Assembly: GCF_036321535.1 (NCBI RefSeq)
Contig: NC_087446.1
Coordinates: 248,001 to 312,000, forward strand
Source: Camelus dromedarius
Lineage: Eukaryota
Direction of reading: 5' to 3'
DNA length: 64,000 bases
Made by a program: the position numbers and the translations under genes
The notes under the pieces: model-generated
The model's database searches: none
Told to the model about the DNA's origin: nothing
What the model saw: only the letters and a program-made list of their open reading frames with translations
Shown here: positions 36,100-47,500 of the stretch, in pieces
Layout: the number at the start of each line of letters is the position of its first letter
How positions within the stretch are numbered: position 1 is the stretch's first letter

Positions 36100-36200
36100 G
36101 GCTTCCTCGCACCGCCCTCCGGCACGTGACTTCTGACGGGGGGAGTCCTGCACCTTTGGCGCATGCGCACGGCCCGGCGCCCGCTGGCTCCACGCTCGTC
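36100..36200 (+). promoter_or_regulatory. SCO2 core promoter region (CpG island)
   Basis: Palindromic NRF-1 site GCGCATGCGC 36159-36168, E-box CACGTG 36123-36128 and GC boxes, ~1.2 kb upstream of the SCO2 coding exon. Strong donor cag|GTAAGG at 36612 is a candidate end of a non-coding exon. Confidence 0.6.
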
Positions 36201-37406
36201 TGCGCGAGCGCGACGCCGTTAACGCATACGCCCAGGGACCGAGCAGGGCGGGCGCCAAGCTCTGCTTCCTGGGTCTCATCCACAGGCACGCGGCATCGAC
36301 GCCGGCGTCCGGAGGACCTGGAAGGCCACCCAGCGCGGCGCGTTCCTGGAGGGCGCTCTGGAGGGGGCTCCTTGAGAAGAGGGGCCTTCTGGAGGAGAGG
36401 GGCCCTGGAAACGTCCACAGGCTGCCTTCGCTTGCAGGCCCATTTCATGCACCGCTTACAGCGCACTTTGCAAAGGAGGAAGCTGATGTAGACACTAAGG
36501 GACGTGTCCAAGGTCATCCAGCCCAGAGCCCAAGCCCAGGAACCTTTGGACCGGGCAGAGGCCGGACATTTAGTAGTCTTCGAGAAGGCCCTTCCAGCAG
36601 CAGCGGAGCAGGTAAGGCGGAGTCCTAAGACCTCCTCCTAGCAAACCTCCAGAGGACCCTGAGAAAGGGTCGGAGGTCACCGAAGCAACAGCAGAGCGTG
36701 GGCCGCCAGCCCAGAGCTGCTGTCGGATACCCGGCTGTGGACAAGGTAGGCTCCAGACAAGTGGAAACCTTGTTTCCCTTCCAGGTGACCACCACCCAGA
36801 AAGGTTCAGGGTGGAAGGGGCGGCGGCGGAGCGGCATCAGGAGGTAACTGCAGACTGGGTGCGGGTGACGGGGGGTTTCGGCTGAGCCTGGGGAGGGAAC
36901 CAAAGCTCCATGGTTGGAGCGGTCCTCAAGAGAAAGGCTGCAGAAGGGTCGGAGTCAGTCTTTGGGGATTGAAGCCAGAGACTCACCCACTTCCTGTCAA
37001 GAAATGGGAGTTTATTGCACACAGACTAATATGCTCAGGAATCCCAACAAGCATGCACTTGGAATGCTTTCAGTCAGCTCACTCAGACACAGGCAGCGCT
37101 GGGCTAGGCTGGTTAGAGCTGCAGGGGCAGGCCAGCCAGCAGCAGGACCAGGGGGCAGGGGCCAGGTGGGATGAGATGGATGAGGGTCTCAGGCTGGAGG
37201 ACAAGAGGAACAGGCAGGGACATTTGATAACACCTAGGCCAGAGTGCGAAGTTTCAGAGGTGAAGCACTTCTGAGCCCAGCTGAGCCCGTGTGGGGTTGG
37301 TCCTTCAGATGGTGGCGAGTCTCCCCAGAATGATGGAGGATGACCCAGGAGGCCGAGGCACCTCCTGGTTCCAAAACCTTTGCTCTTTTCCAGGAGCACC
37401 AGGTCC

Positions 37407-38207
37407 ATGCTGCTGCTGGCTCGGGCACCCAAGGCTTGGCACGGGCTCTCTCAGCTCAAGCCTCCTGCCCTCCCCAGGACCCCAGGAGGCAAGGCCCCAC
37501 ATGTGAGGTGCCGGCTCCTGTCAAGGCAGGGCCCTGTGGAGGCTGGCAGGCAGGGCCGGCCCCAGGGTCCTGGGCTACGAACTAGGCTGCTGATCACAGC
37601 CTTGTTTGGGGCTGGGCTAGGTGGGGCCTGGCTGGCTGCAAGGGCAGAAAAGGAGCAGCGGCGGCAGCGACAGCGGACAGAGGCACTGCATCAGGCTGCT
37701 GTGGGCCAGGGTGACTTCAGCCTGCTGGACCACTGGGGCCAGGCTCGCTGCAAAGCCGACTTCCGGGGCCAGTGGGTGCTAATGTACTTTGGCTTCACTC
37801 ACTGCCCCGACATCTGCCCAGATGAGCTGGAGAAGCTGGTGCAGGTGGTGAGGCAGCTGGAGACAGAGCCTGGCCTGCCCCCCGTGCAGCCCCTCTTTAT
37901 CACCGTGGACCCTGAGCGGGATGACGTGGCCGCCATGGCCCGCTACGTGCAGGACTTCCACCCAAGGCTGCTGGGCCTGACTGGCTCAGCTGAGCAGATT
38001 GCCGAGGTCAGCCGCAGCTACCGCGTGTACTACAGCGCTGGCCCCAAGGACGAGGACCAGGATTACATTGTGGACCACTCCATCGCCATCTATTTGCTCA
38101 GCCCTGACGGCCTCTTCACAGACTATTACAGCAGGGCCAGGTCAGCTGAGCAGATTGCAGACAGCGTGCGGCGCCACATGGCTGCCTTCCGCAGCGTCCT
38201 GCACTGA
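37407..38207 (+). CDS. SCO2: Cytochrome c oxidase assembly protein SCO2 (266 aa; whole CDS in one exon)
   Basis: Acceptor ttttccag ends at 37393 and ATG is at 37407. [11 protein letters not shown].. targeting peptide, TM segment [18 protein letters not shown], copper-binding CPDIC and conserved His in [10 protein letters not shown]; TGA 38205-38207. Confidence 0.98.
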   Translation: MLLLARAPKAWHGLSQLKPPALPRTPGGKAPHVRCRLLSRQGPVEAGRQGRPQGPGLRTRLLITALFGAGLGGAWLAARAEKEQRRQRQRTEALHQAAVGQGDFSLLDHWGQARCKADFRGQWVLMYFGFTHCPDICPDELEKLVQVVRQLETEPGLPPVQPLFITVDPERDDVAAMARYVQDFHPRLLGLTGSAEQIAEVSRSYRVYYSAGPKDEDQDYIVDHSIAIYLLSPDGLFTDYYSRARSAEQIADSVRRHMAAFRSVLH

Positions 38208-38215
38208 GCAGGGTC

Positions 38216-38221
38216 ATTAAA
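38216..38221 (+). terminator. SCO2 polyadenylation signal (ATTAAA)
   Basis: ATTAAA 8 nt after the SCO2 stop. Confidence 0.7.
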
Positions 38222-38395
38222 GGGATGTGACCCAGTAGTGTGTGCGTGTGGTCTGTACCAGCAGCTTTCAGAGGCCAGTGCAGAAAAGGGGCTCAGGACC
38301 TGGTTGCTCCCTGAGGTGCAGGAGATGGCCAGCCCTTTCCTCCACACAGAACAGTTTTGTAAAGGTTTTTTAAGGGATTGGTGGGATGGCAACAC

Positions 38396-38401
38396 TTTAT
38401 T
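38396..38401 (-). terminator. NCAPH2 proximal polyadenylation signal
   Basis: tttatt on + (AATAAA on -), ~100 nt after the NCAPH2 stop. Confidence 0.7.
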
Positions 38402-38502
38402 AGGCTGGGCCAGCCAGGAAGCAAGGCGAGGTGAGCAGATGCATGCCCAGCACCGTGGCAGACAGGGCTCCAGGGCCCACTCCTGGTCTCAGTGCTCCCT
38501 GC

Positions 38503-41500
38503 TCAGGGCTGGGCCATGGAGGGGGCGGCATACGTCTGGAAGCGCTTGTGGGCCCGCTGGTATGTGAGCAGTCTCAGGGACATGGTGTCCACAGCTGCCT
38601 CCAGCCCCGGCTGCTGGGTGATCTCCACCGTGTGGTCGTTGGCCTGGAGGGACAACATATCAGCAGAGACCAGGGACCACCCTCCCCACACACAGGCTCC
38701 TAGGCCACTCACCAGCTGCAGGGAGGCCAGCATGGAGCGACACACCTCGAAGGCAGGCTGCCCGGCCACCAACTCCGCAAAGGGACACCACTGGTTGAGT
38801 TGCCTGAACCTTGAGACCACCTGGTCCCCATAGGTGTGGATGTCAAAAGGCATGTGCTGCTCCTGCAAAAGGGAGGGGCACAGTCCTGGGGCTAGCCCAC
38901 CAGGCAGTGGGATGCTCCTGTTCTCAGCCAGAGGCCCAACCAGCACACCTCACCTGCTCCTGGAGCAGGGGCTGGATGGTGTCTTCCCACTCCCTGATGC
39001 GCTGGCTCAGCTCTGTCTCCTGGACAAACTTCTGAGACGTGGTGATGAAGAGCTCCTAGGGGCGGGCCAGGGGCTGTATCGCCTTCTGTGCAGGGGCCCC
39101 TCTCCCCACTCCCCACAGCTCCCACCTGGGCCTACCACATTCCTTCGGACCAGTTCCTCATAGCTCAGGGACGCCGGCATGGCTTCTGCTTCTGGACAGT
39201 GGGCAGCTGTGAGCCACAACCTCTCCTTCCTCCCGTTTTCAGAGCCCCTCATGGCCCGCCAGCCAGCAGCCCACTCCCAGACCTACCTAGGTCTCCATCT
39301 TCCTCGGGCTTTGCCCCCTCAGGCTCTGCATACTCCTCAGGCTCTAGAAAGTCACCTGTTGGGAGCAGAGGACCCCAGCAGGAAGCCGGTCAGCCGGCAG
39401 CAGGTGCTGAGTCCCGACCTGGCCTGCCCCAGTAGGTGCCCACCTGCCACTCCCAGATCCTCTAAGGAGTCCTCCAGGCGGTCCTCCTCCGCAGGCCATA
39501 GCCCCTCCTCGGTCCTTGGCGGCCACCGCTCAGCCACCTGTACAGAGAGAGCATCTGAGAGGCACTGCTGTCTCCCACCAGTGGGGCCAAGTGTGGTCTA
39601 GACAGTGGCCAGTACTTGCCTCCCTCCTCTGCAGCTTCCGCAGGGTCTCCAGTTGCTCCTTCACGTGCCTCCAGTACAGATCCTCCATGTCTGCACACAA
39701 AGGCCTTGTGAGAGGGGGCTCCCACAACCCGCCTGGGTCCACCCTAGTCCACCCAGGGCCTCGGGTATTCCTGGGCTGAGGGGAGGGGGCAGAGTGTGGG
39801 GCCCTCATCCCCCAGGAGAGCACACAGAAGGCCCCCACCTCACCTGCAAAGGAGGGGCCCTTCCGCCGGGGACTCCTGCTGTCAGCGTGGTCAGCATCTA
39901 CAAGAGGACTGGGTCAGCAGGAGTTAAGCCAATGGCCCGCAAGCCACACCTGGACCCTCAGCCCTGGCCCAGGCCCAGGCCCACAGCCCCACGCACAGGC
40001 AGCCAGGTACCACTGGTGGAAGTCCTGCAGCTTGGCCGTGCCCTTCCTCTTGCGCTTCTGTCCCGGAGCCGCCTCCACACAGGGGGGCACGGAGTAGGGC
40101 CTACCTGGGGGCAGGCAGACAGTCTTAGAGCACAACCATGGCCCAGGGCAGGCCACTGTGCCCACATGCCCTAGGAGCCCCAGCCTCCATGCAGGCCAAG
40201 TGAGCCCCACTCGGGTGCCCAAAGGGAGTGCCCCTCCCCCAGTTACCTTTCCTGAAGGGCTTCGAGTCCAGGGAGTCGAAGGGGTCCAGGCCCTGCCAGG
40301 GGTCTGGGGTCTCCTGAGCACAGAGCACAAGCAGACACGAGAATATGGTAGACAGGAACCCTCCCCCAGTCTGGACACACAGGGAGAGAGATGCCCAAGC
40401 GAAGTTCAATTATGAGGCAAGGAATATTCCTCACAAGCCAGGCGCAGGGCCTCAGGCTAGGAGCCTGGCATCCAAGAGCGCTGGCAGCAGTGAGGCGGTG
40501 GGTTGTGGGCCTCAAGCACGCATGCCCTCCCTGGGGTCCAGACCCCACGACCCCTCACCTTCAGCCGGGAGGCAGGCTCCCGCAGCAGGCACTTCCTGGG
40601 CTGGGTGATGCCCTGCAGAGAAATGCCTGGATTCCCCTCTCTCCTCCACCTGAGGCTCCAGCAAACCCCCCCCCCCCATAGCAGCTCTGCTCTGGGCCAG
40701 ACACCAAGAACCCTGCAGGGACCCTGGGGGTGGGGCAGGAAGTTCAAGTAGTTCAGTGACAAAACTAAAGCAAAAATTCTAGGAAAAACGTTAAGAGAAC
40801 ACACAAACTAGTAAATTAGTGATCATGGGGTACTTTTTCTCAAAAAAAATACAAAAAAAAAAAATATGATAAACATCTATGCATCTACTAACCAAAGTTA
40901 TCAAATGTTAATAGTTTCTCCTGAGCGTAACAAGGTTTTTTCTTATAACGAACAAAAAGATTTCTTAGCTCTAGGCTAGGGCACAGAGCTGACCCTCGGG
41001 GGGAGAGGGAGGCAGGCCCCTTGGTGCCGGCCAGCCTGACCTCAGGGGCGTCAGCTCAAGGCCAGCTGCCACTCAGAGGAGCAGCCAAGAGCACCAGAGG
41101 GCATGAGAAGCAGCAGCTGCTCAGAGAAGGGAGGGACATGAAAGCCACCGCTCAAAAGGGCTGGGTGCAGGACCAGTCCAGGGTGGCTGAAGGACACACC
41201 CACTGCCCTGGTGTGCAAGGACCAGAGAGGCAGAGTGGGGCAGAGACCATGGGATTGCCTTTCCTGGATAAGCGTGGCTGCCCCCCGCCAGGGCTGGCCT
41301 GGCTGAGGGCTGAAGCTTGGCAGGCCTCACTGTGGGTCCCACCTGCTCTGGACTCCTGGGCTCCTGGGGCTCCATAGGGACCTCGGGGGCCACGGCCTCG
41401 GGGAGCACTGCCGCCCCCTCTGCATCCTCTTCGTCATCCCTATATCCAGGCACTGGGCCTTCCAGAGAGGTGCCTGGGCAGGGAAGCAAGAAACTGGTCA

Positions 41501-44500
41501 GTCCCAGGGAGCCTGAAGACCAGACAGCAAATGGGGAGCTGCCTCCCCCTCAGCTGCATCTGTCAGAACCAGAGAGAACAGCAGAGCATGTTACACTCTC
41601 ATCTGCTGCTGCGTCTCATTTGGTTCATTTTATGCGTTAGAAATTTTCCTCTTTAAATGCTGCCACCTATGTCTGCCTGGAGAGGAGGGGGTGGGTCCAA
41701 ACCTCAGAGGCCTGCCCCAATGCCTCACCCTCAACAAGGGGGCAGAGGTGGGCAGGCTGGGCTGCCTGAGTGCAACCCCAAGCAGAGTCCCCCTACTCCC
41801 ACCCACAAGTCCACCAGGGAGCTCTCTCCTCACCTGGCTCCTGGGAGACGCTGAGTACAGGGGCCAGACTTCTGCACACAGAGACTTCCATTGGCTGCTC
41901 CTCAGCTCTCCCAGCCACTAGGAAAGACGGGGGATTGAACGGGGTAGGCCCAACTCCCCTGCAGAAGGCCCCTCCCAGGGGCCCGGCAGAGCCAGGGCTG
42001 GGGAGGGGAGCACAGCGCAGGTGCAGGACTCAGGCACCCTGGGACGGAACTGGCTGTGGGCAAAGATGGGCAAAGGGGCCCTGTCTTCAGAGTGGGTGCC
42101 CGGTGAGGGAGGGACTCCCAGATCCAGAGCTGGTGAGCACAGGGTACCTGACAAATAGCCCACCCCAAAGACCCTGCCTTCCCACCAGGCCCCTGGTGCC
42201 CAAGCCTCACACTTCTGGTCCCTCGGCAGCAGGGCCTCCATAGGGGACATGCCCCCTGGCTCCAACATGAAGGCTCCTCCGGGGTGGGGGGTGCACGTAT
42301 TCATCCTGAAATCCTTCCGGCTGGCCAGGACCTCCCCATGACAGCTGTGCTAGCAGAAACACAGGCAGTAGAGCCCCCTCCCAGCATACCCCAGCCCCCG
42401 CCCACTGGGCTCAGGCCCCCACCTGTATAGGGGGTTACTGTTCTTCTCCATCTCATCCGGGGCTACCAGGGCCATAGGCAGGAGGGGGACGATGAGGGTG
42501 TCCTGCACAGAGGCCGAGAACAGGTGGGCCGTGGATCTGGGCAGGGAGCCCATGTGCACAACACCACCTTCCAACACCCCCATCAGCTAAGTGTGGCCCC
42601 CACCCACAGGGGAGGGGCACTCACACTGGGGGCCTGATCACCCCTCAGATCCACGTTAGTGCGGGAGTCGGGGAGGTCATCCAGCAACAGGAACTGTGGG
42701 GAGACCAAGAGCTCAGGGGTGTGCTCAGCAGGTGCAGCGGCCAACGCCACGCACCCCAAAAATCTCACCTCATCCTCCTCCCTGGGGGCCCTAGAGCTGC
42801 CATCCCCGTCGGCCCCGTCTTCCCGGGCAGAGGAGAGCTGCTTGGCCCGCCTGAGAGAGAGTCAGCATGTGAGCATCACTGAGGCTGCAGGACCTCCCCG
42901 CCCCACACACAGCAGACACGCAGGCCCCATCTCCTGCCGTGTGCTTCTAGTACTCACTTCTTGCCGGAGATGAAATCGAGAGCCTGGTAGACCAGCGAGT
43001 AGAGGTATTCCACCTGCCAACCATAAGTAAGACTTGAGGACGCAGAACAGAGGGTCCCACCCAAAATGCTCAGGGCCCTCTCCAAAACCTCCAGCACAAT
43101 TCCACCCAATCTGGCTGCCAAAAGCACTTCTTCAATTGAACCAGTACATTTCATCAGAACTACCTGAGGGCCGAAGCTCCCTGCTGCTCCTCCTCTGTCC
43201 CCTCACACCACACAGCAGCAGCAGGCGTGGCCACTGCAGTGCGTGGCACCCACCCCGCTCCAAACGCAGCCCTGTGTGCCCTCCCTCTAGGCACCCCAAC
43301 CAGCCTGCCTGCAGCCTGCATCCGTGCTGCCCCCAGCCAGCACCCCATGCACTGCCCCTGCAGGCTCAGCCCACCGCCTCCCCCTCCCAGGGGCACCTGT
43401 GAGTCTCCACTGGCCCCAGCACAGCTCCAGCCACAGTCTGGGATGCCCCACTGTCAGGGTGAGGGTTGGGATTTTCCAGATCCTGACCACAAAGCACTCA
43501 CCAGTAGGGCAGGGATAAGGGCTGCCTCTGGGCTACTCCCTCCAGGCTGACATGCCTAACACAACAGCGAGCAAAACCTGACCCACAGATCCCACGCGCC
43601 AGAAACAATACACATGCGCTTCTGCAGGTGTCTGCCACACACACGGGCCTCTGCTTCGTCTCATCTCATCTGTCCGAGTCACCAGCTCTTGCTATTCTCA
43701 CTGTGCACGAGGGTCAACTGAGACTCGGAAACAAGGTAACCTCGGTCTGTGGGAGCCCAGGGACCTGCGCCCGGGGGTGCAGGAGTCCAGCGCTGCACTA
43801 CCGAACACAGCAGCCTCAGCCACGTGTGGCTTTATCGATTCAAGTTTAATTTAAAGTGAGTAAAACTCAAGACTCTTCCGTCACACTGGCCATGTCTCAG
43901 GGGCTCAGGAGCACACATACATGACAGCACAGATCATACTTCCATCCCCCCAGAAAGCCCACTGGTCAGTGCTGACTACGGCCTGCACACCTCACACACG
44001 CCTTGCAGACCCCATGCTAACGTGTCACTACACTTGTTTCACCACATACTTGTCTATCAGTTCACCTTACGTTTTCTGCTTTCAAAGTTAGTTGTAGACA
44101 CTCCTCCTTAAGACAAGCACAAGATACAGGAATCTGACTTCATGGAATTATGCAGGACAAACACCAACGAAATCTCAGGCTGTCTTGATGTCTCCTGGTG
44201 CCGAGGTAGGTCCACTCCACCCCACACACATGGGCTACCTTCCCTCCTGTCTGGTTGGGACCCCACTACCGAGCTCCTCAGTACACTCCTGAACTCTCCC
44301 CTCCTGGGCACCTTTTAGTCCCCACCCCCCAACTAGATGCCAGTTTTGGACCAGCACTGTGGTCCACAATCCTCGCTCTCATACTCGGGGCAGCTGAGCA
44401 CTGCTGGAAGGAAGTCTCATAAATGTGGCCACTGGTCCCCGTGCAGACAGCATGGTGCATGGGCTCTTCCCCAGACTAGCAATGCTTTCCATTAACCTTT

Positions 44501-47500
44501 TATTTTGCATTCCCCTCAGCAAAAAAAAAATGTTGAACTTTTGCCAAACTTCACTCTCCAAATTTCTGTCCAGTCACTGATGGTCAGTAGTTGACTTACA
44601 TTCTCCATCATGAAGACCAGGACCTTTGGCATGAACCCCCAGAGCCGGTGCCCAACTTTGCTACATAGACATTCGTCTCCCCTGTGTCTTGAGAGGAGGT
44701 GTCTTTCCCTCTTCAAGGCAAGCCGGTCAGCCCAGGTCCCTGACCCTGGGACTCTGTCTCACCCATTTTCCTCTCCCTGCTCCCCTTCCCTGTCCCCCCA
44801 ACCCAGGCCAGCCACCCCTAGCTCTGTGGTTTTCGCTCCTGGCCGTCACTGAGGATATTTCAAGAAATCCTGCTACCTGCCTGTGTGCCCCCCACCCCCA
44901 GGATTCTGGATCTGCTTTACTCTGTTGGGTGCGGTCCAGGCCCTGGTAGCCATCCCAACTGGAGCCTGGGTGGAGAGCCACTGCTTTAGTTACCACCCAA
45001 TCTCTTCCCTCCCTTTCAGTAAAATTTCTCAAGAGGAACCCACATTTACTGTGTCCTTTCTCATCTCTCATTACCCCCCATCTCCAGCAGTCTGGCTCTC
45101 CATTCACTAAACTCCCTGGCGACTTTCTCACTGCAGACCCCACAGATACCTGGAAGTCCTTACTGTATGGATCAAATTAACTTCAACCTTTTTGGTCTTT
45201 TTTCTTCAGCCTTGAGATTCCCTGTTACTGTGACTTCCACAACTGGACTTTTCTTGAGTTACCTTCCTCCGACCTTTCCTTCTCGTGGGCGTGTCCCAAA
45301 CACTGGTTTTCCCCAGTGGTTCTGCTTTTCCTTACTCTACAACAGAGTGCGGACTCCTGCCACCTTGGACTGGGTGAGCCTTTGTTGTATGAGGCTCTCC
45401 TGTACACTGCTGGGTGTCTGGAAGTGAGCCCTGCGATTTTAAATTCAAGCTTGTTCTTTGGCATTAAAAGGTCGCAAGGAATCATAGAGGAGGCAGGTCA
45501 GAGATGGGGAGCCTGTCACCTGCCCCAGCAGGACCACAGACCTCGGTCCCATTGGATACTAAAATGCCAAGACCAAGGGCAAGTGGGACCCACCTTCTTA
45601 CTGTAAACACAGGCGGAGCCCTGGATCAGCAGTGCGGCCTCAATGAAGTTCATTGTGGTTTTGCCTTCATCAAAAGAGATGCAGATCTGGTCCAGCTGCA
45701 AGACACAAGAGCAGGGTGGTGGGAAGCGAGTCTACACATACCTCTCCCTGACGGGTCCCAAGAGCAGCCCTCAGACTGACAGCTCTGGCTGTTTGGGACT
45801 CATGAGTTGTCCACTTTGGGGGACAGAAAGACAGATCTCCATGATTTCCCCTACTTCCTGTGATCTCCGAGACCTGGTGTTTTGGAAGAGGGAGGCCCCT
45901 AGAGTGCATCATCCACAAACAACCAGAGCTACACACCAGCTCCTCTCTGGAGGTGCTCCATACCGCTTCCCTCCTAGTTGAGGCCAAGTTGGGCAGACTG
46001 GCAGGAAGACCCCCACCCTGGGAGAAGGACTGGGGAGCCTCTAGGGTGAGGCAGACAGAGATAAAACACTGGGATCTCAATCCTCTGAGCAAAAAACTCA
46101 GGAAATGCTTTCAAGTGAGCCCTTTGTTCTCTGCAGCATCCAACTCTCCCAGCCTCCCGAGTCCCATTTGTAACCACCCATTAAATGTCTGTGTCCACCG
46201 ACTGTATGCCAACAGTTTCCAAGCCCATCTAGACCAGCTCTCTCATCAGCTGCTGCCCACTAGGTATCGCCACTGAGATGCCACTGTCCCCAGACTTTAT
46301 CTCCACCTGTAACTCAGGGTCTTCCCCACAGCCTGGCCCCTCCCCTACTCTTCTCGGGGTCAATACTTTGAAGGCCCAACATGGTTTTCAAGCTCTTCAC
46401 CTTTGATCTCCATCTGCCTGGAACACCCACTCCCAGCCATGCCCACTATAAACTCTTCAGTCTCCCTCGGACATGCCTTGGGCCTTGCTGCCCTATCTGG
46501 GTGGTCCTGTCACACTGTTGGGGGTCTCTCCTCCCCCAGGGGACTGTGAGCAATGTTAGGGTAACTCCAGCCTCTAGTCCAGTCACAGTGTGATGAACAA
46601 AGTGGTGGTGTCGGGGCTGAGACAGACGGGAGAGCCTGCTCCCGGGGCAGGGGGAGGGAAAGGCCTTTCGGGAAGAGCGGCCACCACACAAAGGCACTCA
46701 GCAGACACAGGACTCAACTAGTTAGGAAAACAAGTATCACGCAAACACGTCCAAAGCAAAGGGCGTGCTGGGAGAGAGGCGGGGCTGGGGCCCCACTCTG
46801 GCACACGTTCCTGAGGACAGAGGGAGTCTGCGAGGTCAGTCTGGGAAGGAGAGGAAACAGGAGCACACCGGTCCGGGGGAGTGCAGAGCATCCTGGATGT
46901 GTGGACGTGCAGGGAGGGGACAGAAGGAGAGGGAAGCCAGGCCTCCCGGGCTCTGAGCTGAGGAGGTGGCCCTTTCCTCCAACGCTCCCAGGACCTCACA
47001 TTCCATTCACCTTGTAACGACTCCTAAATGCACACTCCGGGTTGGACCTCCCACTGAAGCCCAACCCTTACGTCCAACTGCCTTCTTCAAACTCCACTGG
47101 GATGTCTTAATCGGAACTCTCACTCAACAGGTTCACACTGCTCTCTAGCTGTCCACTGCCCGCCCGCCCAGCCACCCACTAGAGACCTGGGCTCTTAGCT
47201 CCATCTCGCCTTCTCTCACAGTCCCTGTCCAACCTCTGCCCAGGTCACGCCGATCCCATGTTCCGCTTCATCCTGCCAGCCGGCTCCTCTCCACAGTGCC
47301 CGGACTCTCGCTCAGCCAGCCTCACCTCTGGCCTGCCGCCAGCACTAACTGGATTCTCCTGCCTTCCACTCACCTCCTCACACGCCAGCTAGCGCTTGTC
47401 TTAAGATCTGAGGTAGATTACCTCACCCCACTCAGAACCCTAACAGGCTTCAGCCACTCTTAGAAAAAAACCCTAACCCTAAACAGAACCCCCATCTGAC

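Noticed and set aside
35592-36491. 299-aa ORF across psiTYMP exon 7 and the SCO2 promoter as a possible new gene
   Set aside because: GTG start, low-complexity R/G/P/A composition typical of CpG islands, and only a few TYMP-like residues in frame.
37380-37406. 9-codon N-terminal extension of SCO2 in the ORF track
   Set aside because: Starts at a non-ATG codon inside the intron's polypyrimidine tract; the real ATG is at 37407.
37734-37736. SCO2 Trp110 where recalled human has Arg
   Set aside because: Single substitution outside the CxxxC/His copper site; the recalled human variants are at other positions, and there is no evidence of effect.
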